From Fistulifera solaris (taxonomy: Eukaryota), in assembly GCA_030295235.1 (NCBI GenBank), contig AP026125.1, positions 2,108,001-2,172,000 of the forward strand: DNA of 64,000 nucleotides. Reading direction: 5' to 3'. The translations under genes and the position numbers were made by a program. Positions 23,221 to 36,178 of this stretch are shown in pieces. The notes below the pieces were generated by a model. The model was not told the origin of the DNA and made no database searches. It saw only the letters and a program-made list of their open reading frames with translations. Positions within the stretch are counted from its first letter, which is position 1. Every line of letters starts with the position of its first letter.

Positions 23221-25857
23221 ATGAATGATTATTCCATGCCGATCATACAACCGCCTGATTCGCCAGGACTGACGTCGACTTCAGAGGAAGATGAAAGCAA
23301 AGAATCCTCCAATTCGCATTCAAACGGGGCCGCTCAAATGCTTGTTCCTGCGTGTATTTCATCGGAAGTAAGCAGCGGCCCTGGCTCGCCTTATTGTCGA
23401 CAAACGAGAGAAAGTGTATTGCAAAGACTGTCAGAGGCATTGTTAAGGCGGTCATTAATCAAGGTACGTTCGAAAAGACGTCTACATTGCTGCTGCTTCA
23501 CAGCGTATCAATTGACTCTTCATTTCGCATCTAACTTCTTCTCTTTTTTTTCTTCCAGATCGATTTATCGCAACGTGGTTTGCAACCCACGGACGCCAGG
23601 CTCGTCAAAATGGCCCTGTTACAAAATGCTCACGTACTGGTGCTCAAGCTCGGATACAATCATCTGGGAGATCGAGGTGCCACGATCCTCGCGGATGGCA
23701 TCGCCAAGCATCCAGCCTTGGAATCGCTCGACCTGGGTTTCAACGATGTGGGAGACGAGGGCTGTCAAGCGTTGGCCAGTGCAATAGGACCCAACTTGCA
23801 CACTCTCTACTTGGCGGGAAACTTGATTGGCCAAGACGGGGCCTTTGCATTGGCGGATCTGATTCGACGAACGGGTGCCCTGAAGAAGCTTTACTTAACT
23901 GGTAATAGACTCACTGGTGAAGGGGTTGCTGCTATAACTGAGGCTATGCTCGACAACGAGTCCGATAGCTCAAATGGAGGAGAAGAAGAAAAGAAAGCCA
24001 CAAGTCGCGACGAAGAAAGAGCTACCTTAGATAGCTCAAGTGGGACGACAAGGGGAACGGAAGAGCTTTTCATAGGGGGTACTGACATGGGGAGAATTGG
24101 ATGTCATGCAGTAGGCCGACTTTTGGCGAATTCATCACACTTACGTGTGCTTTCGTTGACTGGGTGCGACTTTGGCGACAGCTCCATAAAGATCCTGGCC
24201 TCAAGCATTAAGTCGAATCGCAACAACGTTCAATTGGAGACGTTACAACTTTCGTTTAACCGTGTAGGTTGCAAGGGTATGGAGTACTTGTCCAATGCGA
24301 TTTGGGGATTGCACTCTTTAAGAGAATTACGGCTAGATAACAACAGGATTGGCGAGCACGGGGCTCAACATCTTGCCGGTGTCTTACCTACACTGCCATC
24401 CCTTGACACACTTGACATTGGATTTAATGCGATCAAGACGAGAGGGATTATGTTATTGATGAAATCGGTTGCCGATAGTACAGTCATGAAAAATCTATCG
24501 ATATCAGGAAACAAGGTTGACGCCAACGGTGCAAAAGCTTTGACTTATGCCCTAGCATACAGTCCTTCGCTGACATCACTAGCGGTGGAAGGTTGTGATA
24601 TACGATCTGACTGTCAGCGCCAGATTGTTTCGGGTATCTTCTCAAACAGCAGGACTGCTATGCGCTCTTTGGCTGGGTTCGCCGTAGGACCCGTAATCGC
24701 ATTCCTGGGCTTTCCAGCTCCAATCGAACACTGGAGCAACGAGCAAGTATTCAACTTCATCCACTTGATCTGGTCCAATCAGAGTGAAGACGAAGAGGAG
24801 AAAACTACTGACCCCCTGAACTTTCTAGATAGCGATGACCGTAACAAACCCATGCCGGTGGAAGCATCTATCGTCATCAAACTGGCGCGAAAAACTTTCG
24901 CATCTCTTGTTGAAGATGGAGTTGACATTTTCTCAAAGCCTGCTCCTCTTAAGCAAGCGAACTCGCCTCTTGTTGGCGATACAATAATGCTGGAGTCAGT
25001 CGATCTTCTCGTTCACGAAGGATCAACCAGATCTGGTCGGGACATCCCTTGCCCGGGAAAAAACAAGTCGTTTGTAGCGGCTCCAGAGGCATCGCATTCG
25101 AAGCAGCTACCACCTGACCCCGCGAGGAAGAAGCGCATTGTGGAATGGCTTTGCCAGAACATGCCTTTTTGAACAAAGTTTCACAGCAGCCCTTTAGTTC
25201 ATCTGAACTAGCTCGTCTTCATCAGTATTATTTTGCTCCAGTCGTCAATGAGAGTGGAGGAGGCGCGCCCGCGCCGACACCGGAAGAATTGACGGTTGGT
25301 GGTCCTTATCCATGTCCGTACCGGGCATGAAAACAGCGGAAAACAAAGAATCGTTCCAGGCGAGTAACCAAAATCTCTTATTGATTTGTGACAAAGGTTC
25401 GCCCACGAACGGCATCACATCGATGCCGACTTTGATGAAGCGCAAAGTTTCATATCGATTTCTCGGCGACGCTGCATTGGCCTCGGCCCCACGTCTCGAC
25501 TCGGAAGGCAGTACGGCTCCAAACACAATCACCGCTGATGAATTGAAGAGTCACGCAGGCTCAGCTGCTACGTTGATAGAAAAGGGCCCCGCAATGCAAA
25601 GTCTCCCGCCCAAGTCGAAGCGTGCTCGACGCAACCGCTCTAGAATATCCTTCGTCCCAAAGATCAAAGACAGGCTAGATGCCTACTTGGACGTGAACCA
25701 TGAAAAGGCTCTGAAAACGATGCGACAGCTATACTTTGTCGAGCAAGCTATTCTGTCCGGTCAAGTGAATCCCATTGATCCCATCAAAACAGTTCGGACC
25801 CATCTCTGCGGTGACAATGCTACGGATGCCGAGACCATCATAGTGGATATGATTTGA
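23221..25857 (+). CDS. Leucine-rich repeat (RNI/NLRC3-like) protein
   Basis: Multiple LxxLxLxxNxLGDxG repeats; intron 23464-23558; frameshifts ~25165 and ~25310 join downstream ORFs. Confidence 0.8.
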
Positions 25858-26472
25858 ATGTACGCATTCTTTTTTATGATAATAATAGTGTAAATGCTTT
25901 TGTAACTTGTTATTCTGTGTCAACACTTGGCTGGCTCGCGTTTCTGCTGTTCAATGGCATGCGGCGAAATTTCAGAAGTCGTAATTAATATGAAAAAACT
26001 GAACCAATGATTGTCCGAAATGGCGTCTATGACTGAATGAATCATCGTTAATGTAATTCATCATGCTATTTAGCAGTGCTATAGCAAAACAATAGTTGGA
26101 ACGCGAGAAACACGAGACCGAGCAATAGGAAACTGATTCCTCTCGTCACACTTTGTTCGATAGTAAAATTTATGCCGACGACGAACGATGTTCAACGTCA
26201 ATGGTCGACCTGTAATTGCCTTGATCATTGCAGCTGTAAATCATCATTCGTTTTAAGAGCGCAGATAGCAAAGCAATTGCTTCTGGGAAATTACGCGGGA
26301 ACGCGAGAAAGACAAAATGAATTGTTTTGACTCGTAATTCAGTCTTGTTTCCGGAAAACCTACACTTTGTCCGATAGTAGCTTTATGGACGATTTTCGAC
26401 GACGACGATCCTGATGAGTTGCATTGCAGTGCAAAACTTGAACATGTTTTGCTTGCTTTAATAAATCAAACA

Positions 26473-27254
26473 ATGCTCTTTATAAAAGCTAAATCGTGTT
26501 TGTTCCTTTTCTCGGCTTGTCTGGTTCGCATGAGTGTGGGACTGGAGAAAAACATTGTTTTGATTCGACATGGTTGCACACACATGAATGAGTATTTGGG
26601 AAAACACATTTCTTTCGGTGCACCTCATTTCACCGATGTTTTTGAGGATACAAACGAACGAGACACATATTATCGAGACTCGCCACTGTCACCCCGAGGC
26701 GTTCAACAAGCGCAGGAACTATCGAAGCGAGCGGGCTCGCATTTAATGAATGATTGTGATTTGGTCGTAACGAGTCCTTTGACACGGGCACTGCAGACGA
26801 CGGAAATTGGTTTCGGAAATCATATTCAACCAGATACGCCCATTATCGCTCTTCCTCAGGCAGCGGAACGACTTTATTTGATATCGGATCAGGGGAAACC
26901 CCGTCATCAATTGCAAAAGCGTTTCCCCGCGTCGATTTCGAAACCGCGTTTGAAAATCACGACACAGATCAGTGGTGGTTCACACCGAACCATCCACACA
27001 ACTACGTCGAATGGCGACCGACCGGTCGTGGTCAAAAGTATGCGTGTCCTGGTGAACCGCAGCAAGATTTTGACAATCGCATGCAATCATTGATAAAGTG
27101 GTTAAATTCTCGACAAGAACGAACCATTGCTCTTGTTTGTCACTGGGGCGTCATCGATTGGATGCTCGATATGGATTTTGACAATTGTCAATGGAGAAAA
27201 GTACCATTTTCAGTCTTGTTGGAAAAGACAGCTCGGACGCGGACGTCCTTGTAG
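26473..27254 (+). CDS. Histidine phosphatase (phosphoglycerate mutase-like) family protein
   Basis: LIRHG, DSPLSPRGVQQA, VTSPLTRALQT; after a frameshift at ~26928 continues GEP...IALVCHWGVI...FDNC to TAG at 27254. Confidence 0.85.
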
Positions 27255-27299
27255 TGAAACTGTTTATAAATGATCCATTGCTCTAGAGTACAAACCAAT

Positions 27300-28160
27300 T
27301 TATCCTAATTGACAATTACATCGTCCCAAAAACTCGACCACATCCATAAGATCATTCAATACAATAGCACCTCGTCGCTGCCATTCTTGTGCAACATCCC
27401 CTTCATTGTAACGATTCAACAATACGGCGTGCATTCCGGCTCGTTTGGCTCCTTCAAAATCTTTGGCGTAATCATTCCCAATGTGCAATACGTGCCCCGG
27501 CAACAACGGATCCTGGGAATGATGATGCAGTAAACGCTCGGCTTGTTGCATCGCTGCCAAAAAGAAGCGACCATCGGGTTTCTCGAATCCCCAATCTTTA
27601 CTAAAACACATGAATTGTAGTTCGTCGTGCGTGAGACCCAACATGGGCAAAATGGAATCACCGTACCGTTCATCGGCATTACTCAAGATTCCACAGACAA
27701 TATTCTTTCGTTGGACCCAATGCAGAAACGGCAACGTGTCTTCAAACTTTTCGTACGCTTTCAAACTTCCAAATAAGGAATAAATTCGTTGAAAGACCGT
27801 GTCTTGTTGTTCCGGGGTGAGTGTCGTCCCCGAATGCGCAAAGGACCGTAAGACAACCAATTTCCACCATTCTTTCGCCGTCATCATTTGACTCCCAAAG
27901 CAGGGATATTCGCGACACATTTCGCGATACGCGCGGGCAAAACTTCGTTCAAACGAGGTTCCCCGGGGGATTTGCACGCCACATTTGGCCGCGGATCCCA
28001 AATAATGATCCGACAGTGAGCCACGAAACGATACGAGAGTTCCCGTGACATCGGTCGTTATGACACGGATCCGTCGGGGGAATTCTTTGGCCCACGTGGC
28101 CATGCGACGGCTCGAATGGCGTGCTGTGACAGGATTTTGTAAGATTTGGATCGACCACAT
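27300..28160 (-). CDS. HAD-superfamily hydrolase (HDHD3-like)
   Basis: DVTGTL motif I, ILSN motif II, EKPD motif III, HIGNDYAKDFEGA motif IV. Confidence 0.85.
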   Translation of the reverse strand: MWSIQILQNPVTARHSSRRMATWAKEFPRRIRVITTDVTGTLVSFRGSLSDHYLGSAAKCGVQIPRGTSFERSFARAYREMCREYPCFGSQMMTAKEWWKLVVLRSFAHSGTTLTPEQQDTVFQRIYSLFGSLKAYEKFEDTLPFLHWVQRKNIVCGILSNADERYGDSILPMLGLTHDELQFMCFSKDWGFEKPDGRFFLAAMQQAERLLHHHSQDPLLPGHVLHIGNDYAKDFEGAKRAGMHAVLLNRYNEGDVAQEWQRRGAIVLNDLMDVVEFLGRCNCQLG

Positions 28161-28811
28161 GACAAGAAATATGGTGTTGTTTTCTTTTAAAGCTGTCGAC
28201 TCTCGCGTATCATGGATGCAGGCTTGATGAAGGAGTTGTTGGCTGGATGAAGAGGAAAAATTAGTTGACAGTTGTTAAGAAATAGTACCTGTAAAACGAA
28301 GAGGAAACGGATCAATGGCAACATGGAAAAAGGATTCTGTTTTTGTTGAAAGTGATCGATCGGACGCAAAAACCGAACCTCGGTCTTCAGAGTACATTCT
28401 CTTCTTACTGTGCGTGTCCTACTGGTAGATGTACTATTTTTCACACACTAGAGAGGAAACCGAAGGAATTCGCGGATGACGTCAGCAAGGAACGTCTTGT
28501 TGCGGGGTTCCGTTTTCGACGGGGTCGTGCTTTGGTCGTTGTTCTGCTTGCTGGCACTTTTTCACCGCAGCAACCAAACGTAACGTTGCTGTTGTTCTTA
28601 TTGTTGCAATAAGTGCCCTTTCCATTTTAATTTATCTATAAATTAACCAGTTGCATCTTTATCGCTCCTCTAACGCGTGGAACGAAAGCGACACGAGCAA
28701 ACGAAAGCCAAAGTATTGTTGAGTGATTGATTGACACCTCTTTACGAAACCTTCTCCGAGGAGTCATTCGTATTGATTTGTTTCTATTACTTTTCTCATA
28801 AAAAAACAAAC

Positions 28812-29797
28812 ATGCCATTTGCTGTCATCAATGTGTTAGATCGACATCGCGCTCGCATTCAAAGTGAACGCGTGACGACGCAAGCGGAGGAGACGGATGT
28901 CGAACGAGGTGCGCCGGTTGCAGAAGACGAAGATGACAGTTCGTTGGTTTCGATTCAAGACGATATTGAGAACAACAATAATAATAACACCAGCAATAAT
29001 GACGAAGACACTCATCCTACGGGAGAAGAAACGACGACGACGACAACTCCGGTGTTCACACGACACCGCATGACATTAGCGGAATTAGAACACGAGCGCG
29101 AATTGTTTCGTCGCCGTTCGTCTCTGTGTGTCATCATTTCCATATTCTTTCTACTCCGATTATGGATTGAAGCCATCAATGAACAAGATATGGGATTACT
29201 CATGCTGTGTTTGGTAGGAACCAGCTGGACGGCACGATGGGTCAATCACAATCGGGAACGAGAAGAAGAACTCGATCAAATGATTGCCAATTATAACAAT
29301 CAACGACAAACCAATCGCAATGAACCGATTGACATGTCCATGTTGAGTTTTCAGGCGCAATTGGCGTTGGCGATTCTAGAATCGCAGCGTCAAATGATGC
29401 AAGGGGTGGATACGGGCATTCGTCCGATGCCCAAGGAGTCGGTGTGAGTGAAGAAGCCAAACAACAATGGAGTCGATTTGCCTATCAGGATCCCAAAGCC
29501 ACCACAAAGCCATCTTCTTCGGGTGTCTATGGAAGTGTCAAGACACTGGAGGATGATGATCATGGCGATGAGAGTGAAGAGCCGCATTGTTCCATTTGTT
29601 TGTGTGAATACGAAGGTGGTGATGCGTGTGTCAAATTACCTTGTCATCATATCTATCACGAGGAATGCATTTCGTCATGGACCACCAATCATACCAAATG
29701 CCCTCTTTGTAATCTGGAATTGGAAAGTGTGACACGATCGGACGAGGAAGCAGCGGCAGCCCCTATCAACAACAACGGACTTCCCGTTATTGTATAG
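28812..29797 (+). CDS. Membrane-anchored RING-H2 E3 ubiquitin ligase
   Basis: Two hydrophobic segments; C-terminal CSICLCEY...LPCHHIYHEECISSW...CPLC; frameshift at the G-run ~29403. Confidence 0.85.
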
Positions 29798-29925
29798 CCT
29801 ATCTGTCGAGCAAAAATCACAATTACAAATCTAATTTTATAGAAACATTTAGAAAACATTGGTTTATTGTCAAAAAGTCTATCAAATTATTGTTTACAAA
29901 AACCAATACTTCCGCTGTAAATGAT

Positions 29926-31616
29926 TCACGGATCCAAAAACCGAAAGAACGAGCTATCGTGGCTCATAGGGGACTTCAATTTGTTGTATCGTTGTGTATT
30001 CTGTCGTTGAATACCCAAAAGAATAGTCAGAATTCCCAAGGAGATGCTTGCTGAAACAGCAAACGTCAAATGCACAGGATACGGTCGAACTTCCGCAGCA
30101 GCACCCAACGCTTGACTGAAACTTTGTCGATAGTGCGGAGGAACCATACTCTTGGTCAGAACGACACAAGCCAAGCAATAACACGTCATTAGAAGTGTGA
30201 TCAAGATGGTGAGCAGTGATGAGGACGCGCCGTAAACAGTCGGCGGCGTCCCCGATCGATACATGTGTTGATTTGTGCCGTGTGCTTCAAAGCAGTTGCA
30301 ATGACGAAACCACGGAACGAAGAAGCGTCGATTTAGGACAGCGACAGTGCGAATGAATGTATTCATTTGTGAAATGCTCAATATGGCGGTCAGTATCAGC
30401 GATAAGAATTGAGACAGAGAGTTGTAATGAACCGTCGTTACCCATTGATGCCCGATCATCCAAGCGAGTGCCATGGTCACGGGGTCACTGCGAGTAGCCC
30501 GTGGTTCGTCTTGTAAACTGGTCATGGACAAATTCCAAAAAGCGGCGGCTAATCGCACCAACAGCACAATGGAAAAAGTGATACCCATCACCGAACGAAT
30601 CTTCCCCGCTCGTGTCCGAGCCCGAGCCGCCTCTACTTTCGCCAGACGCATTTCCGTCACATCTTCGACCAATTCACCCACCAATCCTTGCAGAAAATCA
30701 ATTTCCGACTGCAACTGATGTTTTCGTGTCGTAATATCATTTCCCATGGTAATAAAAGAATCCATATTGGTACTGGAATTGCTACGAACCGGCAACGCTC
30801 GTCCCGTGGTGGATTTGAATTCTTCCTGTCGTTGTTGCAGTGCGGCGGCGGCTTGTTCCAATTCTTGTTCTGCCGCGACAACCACATGATCCGGTACTGC
30901 TTCCAGAAACACACCACTCAAATGCTGAAAGGGCAAGGACACACTACCAAATCCGTTCAAAACCGCCGACAAAAGAATGCCGACTGTCGATAAACAGGAG
31001 ATGAGGCGTGTCAAAGGAGTCAACTCGGAAGACGATTCGGGTGGTACCGAAAGAGGGCCAATGAGATGATACAAGACGAACCACATAATTCCCATGGCCA
31101 GCACACCGCTAACGATGTCATTGAGGCTAAATCTGGTGTTTGTGACTCTGTTTTCTTGGAGCACACGAACCGGAAGTGTGTCGGCTTTTTTCGATTGTTG
31201 TTTTCGTTTCCTTCGAATGATCCTTCTTAACAGATAAATAGGATACGATAAGATAGAAAGTGCGAATTGTAAAGAATAGAAAAGATAGCCACAGCTGACG
31301 GGCCAAGCGAAATGAGTCGTAGTTGGCTTCCAACATTTCAAATGATGTGCAATCAACAACGGCGTAACGACCAATATTTGCAGTGCAATCATCCACAATA
31401 TAACTCGATAGGCGAATGTCAGAGCATTCTGTGTCATGAAGATATTCCATTCGTGCGGCGCCGCATCGAGCACCGTAAGGGCAAAGAGAGACAAGCAAAG
31501 AACAAACTGGCGTGCACTAGTTTCTGCACGGAAGTTGACGGCGCTAACGTCGCTATCAGATGCCGCGACAGCAAAGTGCTAACTATTGTGACTGTAGAAC
31601 ATATGCTGGCGTCCAT
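29926..31616 (-). CDS. GPR89/GPHR/GTG-like membrane protein
   Basis: VGILLSAVLNGFGSVSLPF, coiled-coil loop, RTRAGK, DPVTMAL, SQFLSLILTAIL; N-terminus in ORF 31434..31643 joined by a frameshift ~31487. Confidence 0.7.
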
Positions 31617-31859
31617 TCTGATCGTTTCATGCTGCTTGATCACTTTAAATCATGTGTTTGGCATTCACCTTTTTCGAAACATCGGAGGTCGGAGGAGATC
31701 GTTCGCGTCGTCAATGAATATAAAACAAAAAGTGTCGCCAAAATGGCGCGTGGTTCTTTTCCCCGTATTGAGTGCCGTTTGTTAAGCAAAAAAACGAAAT
31801 AAGGTCAAGACACGTGGGATTTTTATAATGGTAAAAGTGCAATGCGCAGTACGGTTTAT

Positions 31860-33910
31860 TGAAATTCCACTATTGCGCAGAGTGAAGGTTTACGCCAGCC
31901 AAGACTGGATTGTACAGTAGTCATGAACCGAACAACCAAGGGTTCCGTTTTGCGTCTCTCGCATCCGTCAATTGTCATTCAACTGCGAATAAAATTATAA
32001 TTACAGGTGAATGGTGAATGAAGTCGCAACAATGATGATTCTGAACTACTGGTTAAGAGTTTCTTTTATTTTCACGTCGAAAATATCCGAGGATCGACAT
32101 CGTGAATTTCCACTATGGAACAGAGTGTTGGTTTACGCCAGCCAAGACTGGATTGTCCAGTAGTCATGAACCGAACAACCAAGGGTTCCGTTTTGCGTCT
32201 CTCGCATCCGTCAATTGTCATTCAATTGCGAATAAAATTATAATTACAGGTGAATGGTGAATGAAGTCGCAACAATGATGATTCTGAACTACTGGTTAAG
32301 AGTTTCTTTTATTTTCACGTCGAAAATATCCGAGGATCGACATCGTGAATTTCCACTATGAAACGGAGTGTTGGTTTACGCCAGCCAAGACTGGATTGTC
32401 CAGTAGTCATGAACTAAACAACCAAGGGTTCCGTTTTGCGTCTCTCGCATCCGTCAATTGTCATTCAACTGCGAATAAAATTATAATTACAGGTGAATGG
32501 TGAATGAAGTCGCAACAATGATGATTCTGAACTACTGGTTAAGAGTTTCTTTTATTTTCACGTCGAAAATATCCGAGGATCGACATCGTGAATTTCCACT
32601 ATGGAACGGAGTGTTGGTTTACGCCAGCCAAGACTGGATTGTACAGTAGTCATGAACCGAACAACCAAGGGTTCCGTTTTGCGTCTCTCGCATCCGTCAA
32701 TTGTCATTCAATTGCGAATAAAATTATAATTACAGGTGAATGGTGAATGAAGTCGCAACAGTGATGATTCTGAACTACTGGTTAAGAGTTTCTTTTATTT
32801 TCACGTCGAAAATATCCGAGGATCGACATCGTGAATTTCCACTATGGAACGGAGTGTTGGTTTACGCCAGCCAAGACTGGATTGTCCAGTAGTCATGAAC
32901 CGAACAACCAAGGGTTCCGTTTTGCGTCTCTCGCATCCGTCCATTGTCATTCAACTGCGAATAAAATTATAATTACAGGTGAATGGTGAATGAAGTCGCA
33001 ACAATGATGACTCTGAACTACTGGTTCAGAGTTTCTTTTATTTTCACGTCGAAAATATCCGAGGATCGACATCTTGAATTTCCACTATGGAACGGAGTGT
33101 TGGTTTACGCCAGCCAAGACTGGATTGTCCAGTAGTCATGAACCGAACAACCAAGGGTTCCGTTTTGCGTCTCTCGCATCCGTCAATTGTCATTCAATTG
33201 CGAAGAATATTATAATTACGGGTAAATAAAGTCGCAACAATGATGACACTGAACTACTGGTTAAGAATCTATTTTATTTTCACGTCGAAAATATCCGAGG
33301 ATCGACATCGTGAATTTCCACTAGGGAACGGAGTGTTGGTTTACGCCAGCCAAGACTGGATTGTACAGTAGTCATGAACCGAACAACCAAGGGTTCCGTT
33401 TTGCGTCTCTCGCATCCGTCAATTGTCATTCAATTGCGAATAAAATTATAATTACAGGTGAATGGTGAATGAAGTCGCAACAATGATGATTCTGAACTAC
33501 TGGTTCAGAGTTTCTTTTATTTTCACGTCGAAAATATCCGAGGATCGACATCGTGAATTTCCACTATGGAACGGAGTGTTGGTTTACGCCAGCCAAGACT
33601 GGATTGTACAGTAGTCATGAACCGAACAACCAAGGGTTCCGTTTTGCGTCTCTCGCATCCGTCAATTGTCATTCAATTGCGAAGAAAATTATAATTACAG
33701 GTGAATGGTGAATGAAGTCGCAACAATGATGATTCTGAACTACTGGTTCAGAGTTTCTTTTATTTTCACGTCGAAAATATCCGAGGATCGACATCGTGAA
33801 TTTCCACTATGGAACGGAGTGTTGGTTTACGCCAGCCAAGACTGGATTTTACAGTAGTCATGAACCGAACAACCCAGGTTTCCGTGCCGTTTTGCGTCTC
33901 TCGCATCCGC
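31860..33910. repeat. 243-bp tandem satellite, ~8.4 highly similar copies
   Basis: Anchor GAAC(C/T)(G/A)AACAACC at 31925, 32168, 32411, 32654, 32897, 33140, 33376, 33619, 33862 (period 243; one 236-bp unit). Confidence 0.98.
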
Positions 33911-34013
33911 GTGTTCTCGTCGGGAAAGAAAAAATGAAAATGACAAGCATAACAAAAAGCTCTTTTATTGTTGCTTGTTAACACTCTTCGTTCTATTCGG
34001 TATTCTTCACACA

Positions 34014-36098
34014 ATGACATCATTACAAAGCAAAGATACCCCTTTATCTGTTCAAGAAGAAGCTTTCTTATACGAAACGGCGCTTATTGACTATCGGAAA
34101 ATTTTACAGACGACAACGACGTCTCCCAATGACACAGCAACAACCAAGGAAGACCGATTTTGCCAACAATTTACCGCTCGCGTCAATTTATTGTGCGCTG
34201 TACACAACAATCCTGTCTTTCGAGAGCGTACTGTACAAGATTTAGAAGAAGAATCGGATTCTTATGCGCAATTAATCGAATCAATCTTTGTTCAGAAATC
34301 ACGTCATAGAAGAAATCAACCACAGCAACTCACTCCTGTCTCGGTCAATGTGGACGGCTTTTTTGAAATGTATCCTGAATGTATGCGAAAATTTGGTGAT
34401 GATGATGATGAGTCAAGTGGGGATGAAGTAGAAGAAATCACCGAACAGCCCGAAGTTGTCGTTATGGAAACCAGCAAAGCGAAACGCATTGCCATTGACA
34501 AACCATATCCTTCGGTCAACAACTACCACCAAAAACCTGCTAACAATCCCTATGCGTCACGCCAGCACACCGAAAGTCATCCGCAAGTTACCAATCCTTC
34601 CTTGCCTTTCATTGAGCATTCTGTATCTCATCAACAACGTCCAGGATCCTGGCAAGATCCTACAACCAAGACGAATGGCACCAGTAGTAGTATTCACAAT
34701 CCATTTCAAACGGCTCGCGATGTATCATTAGCACCAGAGCCGTCGAACAAGACTTCAACTCATCATCAGCCGCAACATGCAAACAACAACAACAATCCCC
34801 CTATTCACTCCTTACCGGAGCACGCAAATGTCAACCATCATTGCACCCACAATCCCTATACGCCGCACAACAACTTTCAATCCACGGCTACTTCCTGGGA
34901 CCAACCTTCGCATGCTCCACCCGCAAATTTTCCGCCCGGTGGATACAATCCCTATCAACACAATTGTCCCAGTTTGTCATCGCCACCGCCACCACCTCCT
35001 ATGGAAATACGAGATTCCCTCAAACGGAAATTTGTACCACCCGTCAAGAGAGGATTGGCGAAAACCGTGCCTAGCGTATCGGATGGAGCGGCTGCCGCCA
35101 AGACCAGTCAAAATAACAAACCCGACAGCGAAAGTGATGATGATTTGCCGGAAGAACTCAAACGATTTGGTAAAGAATTGGTCGAAAAGATTGAATCCGA
35201 AATTATGGATCGTGGTGATCCGGTCACATTTGATGACATTGCCGGTTTGCTGGATGCCAAACAAACGGTACAAGAAGTGGTTTGCTGGCCCATGAAACGG
35301 CCCGATTTATTTACGGGTCTCCGACGGGCACCGAATGGTTTGTTGTTGTACGGACCTCCCGGTACCGGGAAAACGCTGATTGGCAAGGCCATCGCTCACG
35401 AATCGGGGGCTACCTTCTTTTCGATTTCCAGTTCTTCCTTGACCAGTAAATGGATTGGTGAGGGTGAAAAATTAGTTCGAACGCTGTTTGCTGTGGCGGG
35501 TGTACGTGAACCATCCGTGGTTTTCATTGACGAAATTGACTCGTTGTTGACCCAGCGTAAATCCGACGAAAACGAAGCATCGCGACGCATCAAAACGGAA
35601 TTCCTGGTACAACTGGACGGAACCGGAACGAGCGGACGAGGCCGCGTATTGATCATTGGCGCCACCAACCGTCCTCAAGAATTGGATGAGGCCGCCCGTC
35701 GTCGATTTACGAAACGATTGTATATTCCACTTCCCAACGAAGATGATCGAGAACGGTTGTTACGTGTACTACTGGACAACAACAAGCACAGTTTGGTGGA
35801 CAGTGAGATTGTGAAATTGGCCAAAGACACGGATGGTTTCAGTGGAGCCGATCTGAAAGCATTGTCGACGGATGCCGCTATGGGACCGATCCGTGAGTTG
35901 GGTTCTCGGGCGCTGGATGTGAACATTGATGATATTCCTCCGATTGCGTACAAGCACTTCCGGCAGGCCTTGCGTGGAATCAAACCCAGTGTGGCACCGT
36001 CTGATATGATTCAGTATGAAGAGTGGGATAAAACTTACGGCAGCAATCGAAGTCATGGAGAGGAGGGCGATGCCAAGGAAAGTGATGATGAACAATAA
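34014..36098 (+). CDS. FIGNL1: Fidgetin-like 1 AAA+ ATPase
   Basis: VTFDDIAGL, GLLLYGPPGTGKTLIGKAIA, SSLTSKWIGEGEKLVR, FIDEIDSLL, GATNRPQELDEAARRRF; KFVPP upstream of the AAA domain. Confidence 0.85.
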   Translation: MTSLQSKDTPLSVQEEAFLYETALIDYRKILQTTTTSPNDTATTKEDRFCQQFTARVNLLCAVHNNPVFRERTVQDLEEESDSYAQLIESIFVQKSRHRRNQPQQLTPVSVNVDGFFEMYPECMRKFGDDDDESSGDEVEEITEQPEVVVMETSKAKRIAIDKPYPSVNNYHQKPANNPYASRQHTESHPQVTNPSLPFIEHSVSHQQRPGSWQDPTTKTNGTSSSIHNPFQTARDVSLAPEPSNKTSTHHQPQHANNNNNPPIHSLPEHANVNHHCTHNPYTPHNNFQSTATSWDQPSHAPPANFPPGGYNPYQHNCPSLSSPPPPPPMEIRDSLKRKFVPPVKRGLAKTVPSVSDGAAAAKTSQNNKPDSESDDDLPEELKRFGKELVEKIESEIMDRGDPVTFDDIAGLLDAKQTVQEVVCWPMKRPDLFTGLRRAPNGLLLYGPPGTGKTLIGKAIAHESGATFFSISSSSLTSKWIGEGEKLVRTLFAVAGVREPSVVFIDEIDSLLTQRKSDENEASRRIKTEFLVQLDGTGTSGRGRVLIIGATNRPQELDEAARRRFTKRLYIPLPNEDDRERLLRVLLDNNKHSLVDSEIVKLAKDTDGFSGADLKALSTDAAMGPIRELGSRALDVNIDDIPPIAYKHFRQALRGIKPSVAPSDMIQYEEWDKTYGSNRSHGEEGDAKESDDEQ

Positions 36099-36178
36099 GT
36101 AGCTTGGCTAAAACGCATGTTTGGCTTTGTACAAAAACCCGATACTTATAATGCAACGCCTTTGATTTTAAAGATACT

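Noticed and set aside
32030..32050. Box C/D snoRNA in the 243-bp unit (ATGATGA followed by CTGA)
   Set aside because: Boxes are only 2 nt apart, with no room for a guide or terminal stem; no 5S, tRNA or snRNA signature recognised
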